Positions 49,598 through 63,270 of a stretch of 64,000 nucleotides of DNA are shown piece by piece. Source of the DNA: Glaucostegus cemiculus (lineage: Eukaryota); NCBI GenBank assembly GCA_976551045.1, contig CDPCPM010000180.1, positions 15,686,001-15,750,000 on the forward strand. Reading direction: 5' to 3'. Made by a program: the position numbers and the translations under genes. Every line of letters begins with the position of its first letter. Positions within the stretch are counted from its first letter, which is position 1. The notes below the pieces were generated by a model. The model was not told the DNA's origin. It saw nothing but the letters and a program-made list of their open reading frames with translations, and did not search any database.

Positions 49598-51025
49598 GAA
49601 TGTTGTCCCTTATTCAAAAAAGGTAGTACGGATAATCCAGAGATTTACAGACCAGTGAGCCTTACGTCTGTGGTGGGCAAGCTGTTGGAAAGGATCCTTA
49701 TAGATAGGATCTATGAGCATTTAGAGAAGCATGGACTGATTAGGGACAGTCAGCATAGATTTGTGAAGGGAAGTTCTTGCCTCACTAGCCTGATAGGGTT
49801 CTTTGAGGAGGTGACCAGGCAGATTGATGGGGGTAGTGCAGTAGATGTGGTCTACATGGATTTTAGTAAGGCGTTTGACAAGGTTCGGCATGGTAGGCTT
49901 CTTCTGAAGGTCAGAGGCCAAGGGATCCAGGGAGGTTTGGCTGTGTGGTTTCACAATTGGCTTGCCTATAGAAAGCAGTGGGTTGTGTTGGAGAGAGTGC
50001 ATTCAGATTGGAGGGCTATGACTAGTGGTGTCCCACAGGGATCGGTTCTGGGACCTCTACTTTTTGTGATATTTATTAATGACTTGGATGAGGGGTGGAA
50101 GGGTGGGTTAGCAAGTTTGCAGATGACACAAATATTGGTGGTGCTGTGGATAGTGTGGAGGGCTGTCGAAGCTTACAGAAGGATATTGATAGGATATAGA
50201 GCTGGGCTGAGAAGTGGCAGATGGAGTTCAATCCCGAGAAGTGTGAGGTAGTACACTTTGGAAGGACAAACTCCAAGGTGGAGTACAAGCTAAATGGCAG
50301 TATTCTGGGTAGTGTATAGGAGCAGAGGGATCTGGAGGTTCATATCCACATATCACTGAAAATTGCCACACAGGTGGATAGGGCAGTTAAGAAAGTTTAT
50401 GGAATGTTAGCATTCATAAGTCGTGGGATCGAGTTTAAGAGCTGCGAAGTAATGATGCAGCTTTACAAAACTCTGATTAGTCCACACTTGTGTCCAGTTC
50501 TGGTCACCTCATTATAGGAAGAATGTGGAGGCATTGGAAAGGGCACAGAGGAGATTTACCAGGATGCTGCCTGGATTAGAGAGTATGAACTATGACAAGA
50601 GACTAAGGGAGCTAGGGTTTTACTCATTGGAGAAAGGAGGATGAGGGGAGACATTATAGAGGTGTACAAAATATTAAGAGAAATAGATAGAGTGGACAGC
50701 CAGCACCTCTCTCTCAGGGCACCAATGCTCAATACAAGAGGGCATGGCTTTAAAGTAATGTGTGGGAAGTTCAAGGGAGATGTCAGAGGGAGGTTTTTCA
50801 TCCAGAAAGTGATTGGTGCATGGAATGCGCTGCCTGGGGTGGTGGTGGAGGCTGATATGTTGGTGAAGTTCAAGAGATTGTTAGATAAGCATATGGAGGA
50901 ATTTAAGATAGAGAGATATGTGGGAGGAAGGGGTTAGATAGTCTTAGGAGTTGTTTTTAAGGTTGGCATAACATGGTGGGCCGAAGGGTCTGTATTGTGC
51001 TGTGTTGTTCTATTGTTCTATGGTT
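49598..51025 (+). mobile_element. 5'-truncated CR1 LINE (RT to tail)
   Basis: [56 protein letters not shown] (after a frameshift), TRGH; tail gttctattgttctatgg. Confidence 0.93.
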
Positions 51026-52439
51026 ATTTATTTAAGTACCAAACTGAATTTAAACATCCTACCTCCCATCGAGGCATTTGAATTCATGTTCTTAAATAAG
51101 GAATCTGGTAACAGCACTAGTAAAATCAATACTGAATTACAGTAGCCACTAGTGGCTTCAAGTGCCTCACATCAGAGTTTGAAGGAATCAAGCAATAAAA
51201 CCAGAAGATACAGGCTCTGCCTGAATTTTAGATGAGAATCTTTAAGCTGTGATTTTTTCCAATACTTTGTCAGATGCAGACATTTGAACCCTATTTTTAC
51301 TGAGGACCTGCCAAGAAGTGGGTTGGCTCTGGAATAGAACTGGGCTGAATTAATGGGCTATTGATTACACTAAATTCATTTGCTGTTCAGGCTCGACAGG
51401 TACAAAGTACTTTTGCCTTGCAGTTTCAGTTCATCAGTCAGCTAGATCTGTGTCAAAGAAACCCCCCTTGGGGCTTTTAAGATATGCAAGTCTATTCTAG
51501 AAGTTTACAGTTATAACTTGCACTATAACTGTCATATTACAAATACATTCTACAGTGTTGATATTGGACATGTATCAATACATATCCCTGAAAATGTATT
51601 GCCTTCAGTAGTACTTCATGAAGAGTAAGCAGTTATACTGCTGCATGGTGAGCAGTAAACTATTCCAGTTATTTTAAAAAGAATCCATTCAGACATTCAA
51701 TTTATCAAGGAGGTACAAATGGATGTTTCAACCAATAACATATGATGACTTTTCATCCTGTTGAACTTCAGTGAAACCCAAATCTTTTAACATATAATTC
51801 AGGTAATTCTAACCCAAAAATCCAACTTTGCAGGTGATGGCAAATTAGGAAAAGCAGTAAATGATCAACGCACACAAATTCAGAAGTATTGTGACAAACT
51901 TAATCATTCGACTGAGAAATGGAAAATGCTTCTTATTGCAATTTTATAAGATTTGACTGTGGGTAGGTTAACACGTAATATGGAGTTGTAATATGGAAGA
52001 AAAATCTTGGTAATTTAGTAGACAGGCTACTAAAGCTGGCAGCATTATCACCCAGAAATTGATCATATCCTTAAATCAATGGGCAGTGGGTGAAAAACCA
52101 GTAATCTTGCATGGAAACAGCATACAATATCCATGATACAATCAGTTCACTGCATTAGATTTCCATCTCAGCTCTCTTCAAGCTCTAAGTTAAGAACTCT
52201 AACACTTAACTCTAATATCTCACAATATTTAAAGAGGATGGTAATTCATATTGTTGTTACATCCCCCAACAGCATGTACTTGTTTGCAGAATATTAAAAA
52301 CATTTCCTTCCCTTTAGCAAGGCATTACCTTTACATAGTTTCCTCCAGCTGTCAGATGCCACCTGTGCAGTTGGCAATAGCCACACTACAGTTTATATTC
52401 CAAATATTATAACAATATTATAACCATCAAGGAGCTCTC

Positions 52440-53230
52440 AAAGAAATAGCTATCATGTTGTCTACATCTCCAGGACAAAAGGCATCCAGATCTTTTCCAG
52501 TGAAGAAATTATGCAGGTGATACTGGACCACAACCATGCTGGCCACAAGACAAGGACAATCTTGTTGGACTCATTCAATCTGTCTAGGCAAAAGGAACTT
52601 TTCTTTTGATGATAATGGAGCTGTCTATAATTTTTCTAGTAGATGAGTGCTTTTTAGTAAGTTCTCCATGGACAAGTGAGTTATTCCTTGTCACTACAAT
52701 GTACTGATTAGCATATTTTCCTTGATGGAAATTTTCAGAGAGAGATGAATTCTAAAGGATGAATGCAGTGCAAAAGGTTCCAGAAAATCTGCCACTCATA
52801 TGGAGGATCCTTTGGATAGAGTTACATACAGGTCCTACGTTCAGCAAGTGGGAGCCCTTCCATTGTGGAGCTTCCAAATGAAGATCACACCACAGCATTA
52901 TTCCCCTGGATCTGGGAACCCTGTAAAAATGGGATTGGCCTATCTCACTGCTGCCTTACTGTATTACCAGATTGGACAATTTCTGATGCTAAAGAGTAGG
53001 CCGATCAGCATAGAATGTCATGATTGCCTGAAATGAAACTGACCCAACATAATTACAGATCAAACTGTTTAGGGGGATGAACGCAGCTCCAGGTCCTTAT
53101 TTTCTCTTTGCCTTTTCAGTGAACTACAGTGTTGGAATTCGTTCTTACCCCTGAGCTACTAGTGGGATCTCTGTTGCTCTGTATGCTTGAGAGGGTAATA
53201 ATCTGATAGGGTACATCCCTTCAAATCCTC
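52440..53230 (-). pseudogene. Second fossil PIF/Harbinger DDE transposase
   Basis: Minus-strand translation: GFP, then QWKGSHLLNVGPVCNSIQRILHMSGRFSGTFCTAFIL*NSS (about 52742-52866), SDKE*LTCPW, KHSSTRK, IIDSSI, CLDR, VASMVVVQYHLHNFF (about 52503-52546). Colinear with NRKGFHSLNVQLVCD..ARFPGSxHDAFIL / GDKGYP / HxSTR / LHN. Confidence 0.78.
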
Positions 53231-54069
53231 CTTTGTTGCATCCCTGCTGTTGTTGTTCCCTGACATTGAAAGACAACATCATGCCCAAGGAAATGTCATA
53301 TTTAAATCCTGACACTCTGTGGGAGAGGTGACAAAAATCTTCCAGGGTCTCACATATGCAGTCAGATGCAGGTCTATAAACTGTACAGATTGAAATGCTC
53401 TAAAAGATAATTTTTGACTGGTGTAACTACTTCATAGGTTTTCAGCAATCTTCATATTTACCTGTTTCAATTGACTCTGTCTGCTCTGCCTTCTGTTTCT
53501 CATTCTAGCCTGCTTCCAATATATTGCAAGCGTAGAATGAGGAAACCCAAGGCAGCTCTGTCACTCGTCTTTACTGTAATTAATCTAATTCTATTCTAGG
53601 GATTGATGGGCAGAATACGGGAAGGGCAAAAAACCATGTGGAGATTTGGAAGGATCAACTTATTAAGTGAAGCATTAAAGAACCAGTTCTGACAAAATTT
53701 CCTAACCAAGAAATGTACTTGTCCTGATTTTATAACTGAGGGAATGCTGAAAGTCAGTTCAAATTCCAAAGCCAATTCCTTTGTTTTTGTTTCATATTCA
53801 ATGACTAGGAATAGCTGCTTTATCAATTAGGCTCCTCATATATGTGTATCTGTTTCAGTGAGCAATTTGTTTAAAAGCCTTTTCATGAGATATTGTGCCA
53901 TTGACCTGCTGAAGAGATTAGATATTAAAGGTTTGCAGGTTTGGGTTATTACTGAGCAAGGAGCTTGGATCCTGTTCAGAAGATATTTCCAATTTCGTGA
54001 AAGCTCTGTTCAGCTTTCTCTCTGCAAGCACATATGGAAACATTCTCCAGGCTCAGGAAAGTAAAGCCA

Positions 54070-54450
54070 AACTTACATTGTTACAATAAGCCTTAATAAG
54101 TTTAGTTCATAAACTACTGCTTCATGATCAATGAAGTACTTTACAGGTACATGTACGATTATAATCAGTGAGCCATGATATAGAATTTGTGCACAGCGAG
54201 GTCCGATAAATATAAATGGTATTAATAATCAAATAATCTTGCTGTTCATGATGGTAGTTGCTCAGTCAAGGTTGTCCAGGCTGTGAAGAGAACTGCCCTT
54301 TTCTTAAAATCATGTCATTGCATCTTTAACCTACAACCAAAGAACAAACAGAGAGTCATTTTCACATCTCTTATCTGAAAGATACCTCCCCTGACCCCGA
54401 ATTCCTGTCATGTTGCACTGACATGTCAAATTGGATCATGTCTCTGGTGG
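54070..54450 (-). mobile_element. Degenerate DeuSINE
   Basis: caatgaagtacttt...aatttgtgcacagcgaggtcc...gagaactgcccttttctt...atctgaaagatacctcc...gttgcactgacatgtca. Confidence 0.6.
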
Positions 54451-55207
54451 GAACGTTTATTGTAGCCTCTCAGGGGTCTCTGCATTACATCTCTGCCATA
54501 GAATTTCCAGGCCTTACAAGGAAGTCTTTGGCTTCCCCATGTTTTCTGAAACTCATCCTTTATCCCCCAGACCTGAAGATAGTTTGAAATCACTCTAAGC
54601 TGACTCAGAAGTAATGTCCCTGTGGTTCCCTGGCTGTAGCTTCCTACTGTACTAAGCTAGACACTATCAGTACAACAGACTATTAATTTGCCCATGTGTC
54701 TATTATGGCACATAAGGAAGTCATTTGTTCCATTGTGTCCATGCCGTCCAAAAAGCTATTGAAGTTGATGTAACTTACCATTTTGGTTGGGTTTTGGTAA
54801 ATCAATTGCTCATCCAGTTATACTTTTCAAACATGAGGGTTTCTGCCTCAACCACCCCTCAGGCAGTGAATTCCAGACCCCTGCTACTTTTTGGGTACAA
54901 TCAATGGTCCTAAAATTCAATTGCATAATTGGTTTTATTTTCAGTGATATGCAGTTGATAATTGATTATACCTGGAGTGTTCTGTGCTAATGGCCATTAC
55001 CTGGTTACTTTTGCATCACTTTGGACTTTCAACTAGGGACATCCTGGAGTGATTCATACTTGCAAGGCTGGTGCAATTTTTACAAAAGTTTCATGATGTC
55101 ACTCCTCATGTAGTGTCCTTTTGGAGCATTAAAGGGGAACTTAGACTAAGCAGCTTGGGCAGCAACCTTTGTTGGGGATTCCTGGAAGAACCAGGTTTTA
55201 GTACTGC

Positions 55208-56179
55208 ATTGAAACTGGATACTGAATGCAATGATGTTGGAAGAACTCAGCAGGCCAGGCAGCATCCGTAGAGAAAAGCAGTTAGTCAATGTTTCAGGTC
55301 AGGATCCTTCTTCAGGACTGAAAATAGGAAAAGGGGAAGCCCAACATATAGGAGGGAAAAGCAAAGCAGTGATAGGTGGACAAAAGAGGAGAGGTGGGGT
55401 GGGCATAAGGTGGTGATAGGTGGATGCAGGTAATAGATAGTGATGGGCAGGTGCAGGGGAGGATGGGAGAGCAGATCCACCAGGGCATGGGTCAAAGGCA
55501 AGAAGAGAAAAAAAGAGAGAGGAAAAAAGGAGGCTAGGAAAGGGAAGAAGAGAAGAAGCATAGTGGGAGGGGGCAGGGGTTGTGGGGAAGGTGGGGTGGG
55601 GTAGGGCTTACCTAAAGTGGGAGAATTCAATGTTCATGCCATTAGGCTGCAAGGTTTCAAGACGGAAAATGAGGTGCTGTTCCTCCAGTTTGCACTTGGA
55701 ATTCTCCTGGCAGTGGAGGAGGCCAAGGACTGACATATCAGCAATAGTGGGGTGGGGTGGGGTGGGGTGGGGGGGGGTGGTGCGGGGAGTTGAAGTGACT
55801 GGCAACGTGAAGATGCAGGTCGCAGTTACGGAGAGAGAGCAGGTGTTCTGTGAAATGGTCACCTTGTCTGTGTTTGGTCTCACCAATGCAGAGGAGGCCG
55901 CACTTGGAGCACTGAATGCAGTAGATGACATTAAGGGAGGTGCAGGTGAATCTCTGTCCACCTATCACTGCTCTTTTGTCCTCTTTTGTCCACCCATCAC
56001 TGTTCTGCTTTTCTCTCCTATGTATTGGGCTTCCCCTTTTCTTATCTTCAGTCCTGAAAGAGGCTCCTGACCTGAAACATTGACTGCCTGCTTTTCTCTA
56101 TGGGTGCTGCCTGGCCTGCTGAGTTCCTCCAGCATCATCGTGTTTCTTCTAGATTCCAGCATCTGCAGCCTTCTGTTTC
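55208..56179 (-). mobile_element. Truncated Penelope-like element: GIY-YIG domain with inverted pLTR arms
   Basis: Minus ORFs QRFTCTSLNVIYCIQCSKCGLLCIGETKH..DHFTEHL and LGLLHCQ...KLEEQHLIFRLETLQPNGMNIEFSHFR. Inverted arms of about 160 bp (55231-55390 and about 55978-56138). TSD TTTAGTACTGC at 55197-55207 and 56180-56190. Confidence 0.9.
55284..55320 (-). ncRNA. Minimal type I hammerhead ribozyme motif
   Basis: Minus strand C-AGTC-CTGAAGA-AGG-ATCCTGA-CCT-GAAA-CATT-GACT: stem I AGTC/GACT, CUGANGA core, stem II AGG/CCT and GAAA. The arm copy at 56049-56086 (+) has an altered core (CTGAAAGA). Confidence 0.7.
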
Positions 56180-59100
56180 TTTAGTACTGCTGTGCCAGAT
56201 TGGAATCACCATTAACTAAGTCCTGTACTTACCTTTGATCCTTTGGACCGCAATCCCACGCAACATAAACCACACACAACTCCCTGCCCCTCACCTTACC
56301 CCAACCAGCTTCTTTCAGTCTTATCCCCAACTCCCCAATGCCTCAGCCCTAATCTGACCCTCTGATCCCCTGAGGCCCCAATTTTCTGATTCCCAGATAG
56401 TCCCAATCCCCATTAGCTCCAGGTTACATCCCAGTGCGTTGGTCCTGGTTTACCAAAGTCACAATTCCCCAACTCCCACCCTTCACCTCTCAAGTTGATC
56501 TCAAGTTCCCCAACCACATGGTCCCAGCTCCTAACATGTGATCCCTGAACCCTGATGATTTTGACATCAGTCACTTTCTTCTCCATCCCTAACCCTGGAT
56601 GTGAATCCTTTTGCTCCCCTGGCCACACTTCTCCCACCAATACATTCCAGACCTTGGATGTACTGGAATTTTTAGGCAGGTTTTTTGCAAATCCCTGCTA
56701 TTTAGGTATTCCCTTTAAACTAATTCTCCTAATTATTGGTTTGTTGGGGATGAATCAATCTGAAATTATTAAAATGAGCCTCCCCCAATCAGATCAGCAT
56801 TTTCCCCAGATCTTTGGTCTTTCTGGATTCTATGCCTAATATGGACCTTCTTAGCTTTATTTCCATCTCCCCCCAACACTCCCTCCTGCCAACTGCATTA
56901 ATGCTTGTCATTTTGAATCTGCACAAAGCAGTAAAGTATCATGTACAAATTCTGTTCCAGCAAGTATATCCAGACTTTGGAGACAGGATAAAACTGATAC
57001 TTAACTTCAGGCATCTGAAGTGTGAGCTCAGAGTGAAGGGTATGTGAATATACACTCTAAAAGAGAGAAAGCTGCAGACAGAATTTAGCCAAGTACTTAG
57101 TGGTTGATAAATTGAATTTCATTTATGTGTTGCAGAACCCAACAAACTCTAAAAGTTAGAAGCTTAGAAAAGAAAGGTGTTTAGATGGTTTTGATTTAAC
57201 TTCTTCACATAGAGTATGAGTAATTGTCCAGATGAGGCAGACATTATGTTAAATTAAATAGATAGCTAAATGAGCAAACAATTGAGGCACATTGGTTTTT
57301 GGTACATGACCAAGTTGGCTGCAGTCTTTTCCAGCCATGCACTTTCTTGTGCTCCTAATGATGATTAGCTTAGAGCTGTGAGCATAATTAACTTAGACTA
57401 AAAGAGCCCAATAATAAATCAGGGTTCCTGTTAAGTTAATGAGTGCTAAGCAAATCTAGTGCCACAGATATTTAGAACAGTGCCTGCTTTTAGAGAGCAG
57501 TGAATCAGCAGCAATGAGTTCATTCGCTACCTCTGCTACAGGCACCTGATGGCTGGAGGGACTCCTAACATTAGTAAAGAGCCAGCTATCCTGTCAGCTC
57601 CTTACTGCCATTAAAAATGTTAAGGTGGTCCAACAACTTCACTGACATATAACAGATGACAACTATTTGAAGAAAGGAAATAACCAGTGGAAACTTCATC
57701 ATTAAACATGGTATAAATAGAATATCCCTGGGGCCACATTGAATAAATAAGAGTCTCCTTGTAAGAATTGACTCGCGCAGCTCATGAGTGGTTCTGCCAT
57801 AGATCTATTAGGAAATCACATTTTCATATCCAGTAGGGTCTTGGAACCTCTATAAAGGTTTCCTTTATTTTCATTGAAGACTGGTATTCAGGACAAACTA
57901 AAGTGCTCCAGTGAAAAGACACAGGATTGAGTGAATTATATTTGCCAGGGCAGAGAGGTTTTAGTCGACTCTCTATCCTGGCCTGTGATCTGTTTGTATA
58001 ACAGCTTTGAATATCTTACAGACCTTGCAAATCAATTTTCAGATTTCATATTTCTCTAACTCTGTGCAGATTTATTGGGGTGGGTTTAGAATAAGATTGT
58101 AGTTAATGTGGAATGAGGTATACTGAAACTGAGGTTAAGAAAAATGCAAATTTGCTTCAGCAGTAGATTTTAGGTAAAGCAATTTAAAATAAACAGACCG
58201 CACATCCTGAACAAACTGTAAATGCTTAGAAAAATTAAAGCGCTGCAGTTTGTTTACTCGGGATAATAGAATGGATCCAGTGTTGCTGCAGACATGAGTG
58301 AATGTGATCTACCTGTAGAAGCCATGCACATACTGAGCCTAATTTATCAGAGCTAATCCCTCTGTTTTGGATGACAAAGCCTATTTGCAAATACAACATA
58401 TTTTGCATTAATCCTTGAACATTCTACAATAAAGACTTTGAAAATTCTGCAATAAGAAGCTGAAAGGAGAAGGAAGGAGTGTGAAATAACTCAAAAAGGA
58501 GCAGCTCAGTGAATTTTGAGAATCTAATGGATTTCCCATATTGAACAAATTTGACTCAGTGCTAAAAGTCGGAGTGGTATTTAATGATGTAAGGCCCCTT
58601 TAAAGTAAAGGAACAACTTAAACTATAGATTCTGTCTACTGCAACAAAAAACATATTTTCTTTTTGTCTTTATTTTGTCTCTTTCTTTCCCTCTACTTCC
58701 CGTCTTTAATTTGAGTTTAATTCATCCCACTTCCTTTACGTTAATTTGTCTGTTTCTTGCTCCTTAAATTCCATTGGGTCAGAAGTCCTGCTTTACACCA
58801 AGGACCTAGATGTCTCATTGACCTTCTCAACTCCCACTACCAATTAGCCTCTGCTGGAGAATGCTGAAGGGAGTGGAAAAATAATCAACAAGGAAGTTGG
58901 TATGCTCTGTCCACAACATATTTCACCCCTCTCCTGTTACATTACATGGTACATTACAAGGAACCTCTTTTTAAAAAAGACAATCCAGTTAAAACAGGGT
59001 TTACCTTTACAGCTTTACATTTTATATTTGTGGTATGAAAAGTTTCAGATCTGCAGTACCTATTCTTTGGGCATTATGATTTTGTTTCCTAGGTGGTGTT

Positions 59101-59229
59101 TCATATATGTGCACATTTGTGAAGACAGTTGCATCAGGCAACATATTAGTGCATTTAACACCTGCTTGAGATATACAGCGTAGCCAAATCATGTTATTAA
59201 TCAATGTGCCTTGCTGATTTGACATCAGT

Positions 59230-60350
59230 GATGCCACAATTCACTGATTTAGATGAGGGAACTGAATGGAATATTTAACAATGATATGAAACTGTGTGGG
59301 ATTACAAGCTGTGAGGAAAATGCAAAGAAGCTTCAAGGCAATTTAGATAAATTGAGATAAAGTCAAAGTCAAAGTTGAGTTTATTGCACAAGTACATGTG
59401 TGCACAGGTGCAGTGAAAAACTTACTTGCAGCAGCATCACAGGCACAAAGCATTAGAGACACAACATTCACAAGAAAAACATTAACTATGCATAATTATA
59501 CAAGAAAGAACACAATTAGAGCAAAAACCCAAAGTCCATTGTAGTGCAAAGTGGTCAACGTGGTCATGGTGTTGCTATACTGAGCTAGTGATTAAGATTG
59601 TGCTGTTTGGTTCAAGACTGAATGGTTGAAGGGAAGTAACTGTCCTTTGACCTGGTGGTGTGGGACTTCAGCCTTCTGTACCTCCTGCCCTATGGGGTAG
59701 CTGCGAGAAGATGGTATGGCCCAGATGATTGGGCTCTTTAATGATAGATGTTGCCTTCTTGAGGCAGTCCCTCATGTAGATAGTGTACAAATACACAACA
59801 AATGCAGTATAATTTGGAATAAATGTGAAGTTGTACACTTTGGTATGAAAAGTGAAAGGCAGAGTATTACTTAAATGGTGATAGATTGAGAAATCTCGAT
59901 GTACAAAGGGACCTGGGTGTCCTTGTGCATTAGTCACTGAAAGCAAAGACGCAGGTGCAGCCAGTGGATGAATGGCATGTGGCCTTCATTGCAAGAGTAA
60001 TGAGTACAGGAGCAAAAATATGTTGCTAAAATAATACACAGAGACTTGGTGAGACCACACCTGGAGTATAAGATCTTTATTAGTCACATGTACATTGAAA
60101 CACACAGTGAAATACATTTGTTGCTTAGTGTTCTGGGGGGCAGCCTGCAAGTGTCGCCATGCTTCCAGTGTCAACATAGTACTGTATGTGGTTTTTGTCT
60201 CCCTACTTTAGAAAAGGTATACTTGTTATAGAGGGAATGCAATAAAATAGAGGTTCACTAGATTGATTCCAAGTATGTGAGGAGATATTGGTAGATTAGG
60301 CCTGTATCCACCAGACATTAGAAGAATGAGAGGAAGTCACATAACAGGGC
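59230..60350 (+). mobile_element. Old CR1 RT relic with nested Rex-type fragment (59358-59785, -) and V-SINE tail (60067-60180, -)
   Basis: [26 protein letters not shown] blocks. Inserts recognised by identity to 20410-20590/18840-18970 and to 19783-19890. Confidence 0.75.
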
Positions 60351-61209
60351 TTGATTGGCCGAATGCCTCAAAAAGGATCACCCAGCTGGAGGGAGGTGGG
60401 GAAGGGGGGGGCAGAGGGGTAGCACAGTGTCTCTGGCCAATGATGTGATAATCCAAGTCTCCCCTATCCCTTTCCTAGCACTAACATGGATTTTGTGGGC
60501 TCTTCACTGAGTTGAGCATTGCAGTGCAAAACTGTGGAGATTACCCACAACCAATGGTTGGAACCTGCACACAAAAAAGCTGCACTAGATTACATCCAGT
60601 GTTGTGAGCTCCTTTCCATTAACTTCACTAGAAGACAATAGTTATGAGGGATTAAGGTAAATGTTAGTATATGAAGTTTTTAACTGTTTATCTAAATGTT
60701 CCCCGTGGCCTTTTTCTTTACTCCATGACCTTGCCCATTCACATAATCTGCGTACATTCCCAGAAGCCTCCCAGTATCTTCCACACACCCACGCTGCCAC
60801 CTTCTAAATCATCAGCAGGATGCGATAAATTACACCTGATCTCCTTGTCGTATCATTGACATATTTTGTGAACAGCTGAGGCCCCAACACCAACCCCTGC
60901 TATACCTCGCCAGTTAACAGCACCTCAACCTGAAAATGACCTATTTTTTTCTACTCTCTGATTTCTATCCATTAACCATCTCTCAAAACATGCCACTAAA
61001 TTACTCTTAGTACTGTGCATTCTAGCTTTAGTACAGAAAACTGATGCCGAGGTAAAAGCTCAGCCATGATGTTATTGAATGATGAACCAAATGCAATGAA
61101 TTGAATAGCCCATTCTACTTTTATTTCTTGTTGTCTTATGCTTTTACAACTGACTCCTTGTTAGCTGCAGATCTCATCATGCATGCTCTCTGGTCCAAGC
61201 ATGCACCAG

Positions 61210-62330
61210 AGAGCTGAATTCTAGAGATGAGGTGAGAATGATAGTACTTGATGTCCTGACATCAAAGCAGCATTAAGGTAAAACTAGAGTCCTTGTAAGA
61301 CAAAATCAATGGCAGTAAAAGGAAAAATCTCCAGTGGTTTGAATCATGCCTCACACAAAGGGAGATAGTTTTACTTATCACTGGTCAATCATTCAGTCCC
61401 AGGACATCACTGTAGGAGCTCCTCAGGACAGTGTACGAGACTCAAGCATTTTCGGCAACTTTGCCAATGACTTTCCTTGATCATAAAATCAGAAATGCAG
61501 ATGTTTGCCCAATCTTCAATTCCATTCACAGCTCCTCAGCAAGTGAAGAATGCAAGCATGCAAGCATGCCTGTAAGCAGCCAGACCTCGACACCATTCGG
61601 ACATGGGCTATAAGTAACATAACATTTGCACCACAAAGACACCAATCACTGAACACTTCTAACAAGAGAGATTCTAATCACTTACTCTTTATACTCAATA
61701 CCTTTGCCATTACCATGCCCTCACCATCAATACCCTGGAGGATCATCACTGGCCAGAAACTGAACACCACCAGCCACATAAATGCAGTCACTATAAAAGC
61801 AGGTCAAAGGCTGATTATCCTACAACATGACTCACCTCCTGACACCATAAGCCTTTTTCATCATCTGTAGGACACAGGTCAGGAGTGTGTGGAATATTCT
61901 CCACTTGCTTCATTCTCTGCAGCATCAACAACTACCAAGAGCACAACATAAATGGGACAAAGCTGTCTGCTTGATTGACACCCATTGGAACCCTAAACAT
62001 CTATTACCTTCACCACTAAGTGCATCATTGTTGTATTGTGCAGTTACCTGCCCAGGCTACTCTGAGAGCAACTTCTAGTTCTCTAAACTCTGCCAAAAGA
62101 AAGGTTAAGGGCAGCAGGTACAGATTTTGCTATAAATTGCACATTTTCTTGATTTGTCCCTTCATAATTGCTCAGTCTAAATCCTGGAACTCTCTACCCA
62201 ACAGCGGTGTAGAGATTCCTTCACTATAAAGACAGCAGCAATTCAAGATAGTGGATCATCATCACCTTTGCGAGGGAAATTAGACATGGGGAATAAGTGT
62301 TAGCATTGCCAGTGACACCAAGATTGCAAA
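61210..62330 (+). mobile_element. Degenerate CR1/L2-superfamily LINE (RT to tail)
   Basis: DITVGAPQDSV (GVPQGSV), LQHDSPP, QVRSVWN, SKSWNSLPNS; tail gcaattcaagatagtggatcatcatcacctttgcgagggaaattagacatggggaataa. Confidence 0.7.
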
Positions 62331-62732
62331 GCAAAATGTCAGAAGTGGAGAAAGTTCACACATTGTTTTTATAACATTAAATTTGCTGCCTGATTTGTAT
62401 CTTAGAAATTTCTGGACAACCAACTGAAAAATCAAAGGGATGGTCCAAAAGCAAATAGATATTCACCCTTTTGGAATGTGGATCACATTAGCGCATGGCC
62501 TGTCAAGATCAGAGTTTTTATCTGTGTCACACTCAGGTATATGTGACATTAACCAGGCGTGCTCTAAAATAATGAAAGCTTCCTAGAGAGGCAGTTAACT
62601 ATTTTAGTATAGTCCTAACTTTTGTGAATATTAAGTAGAAACAGGTGTTAGTTCCATCAAACAACAAATACAGGAGTTCATGGCAATATCCGTCTCCTCT
62701 TGATAAACAAAACCTTAATAAGAAACAAACCA

Positions 62733-62870
62733 GTTAGATTTATATAGCACCTTTCATAACCTCAGAACATCCCAAAGCAGTTTGCAATCAATGAAGTACT
62801 TCTGGAATGTGATCATTGTTGTTACGTAGTCTTGTCTTAATTAATAAGCCTAAGTCCTCACAGCAAAACC
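62733..62870 (-). mobile_element. DeuSINE/L2-type 3' tail
   Basis: atttatatagcacctttcataacctcagaacatcccaaagcagtttgcaatcaatgaagtactt. Confidence 0.65.
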
Positions 62871-62977
62871 TTCAATCCAGGCACCAGCACCAGCCATATA
62901 ATGTCAGCATTCAAGTGAGAAACTACAAGGGTCTCCACATCACCTGCATATTACCATTGACTTTCTCCATGCTTCCT

Positions 62978-63270
62978 TACAATATAGAAGGAGGCTATTC
63001 AGTTCATTGTCTCTATGTGGGTTCCCAGAGCAGTTGCATTCCCCACTAATTTTCCCTGTATCTTGTTCTCCCCACGTTCCTGTCAACTCTCCCCAGGTTT
63101 CCCCTGCCAAATTGTAGGTCTTTTTTGGGATGTGGGAGGAAACCAGAGCACACACAGAAACACATGCAGTCACAGAGAGAACATGAAAACTCCACACAGA
63201 CAGCGACAAAGGTCAGGACTGAACTTGGATCAATGGTGCTGTAAGACATCCACCAGTCTGACCGTCGCTT
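62978..63270 (-). mobile_element. V-SINE (older copy)
   Basis: ttgggatgtgggaggaaaccagagcac...gagagaacatgaaaactccacacagacagc...ggactgaac (V-core and B box, reversed). Confidence 0.8.
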
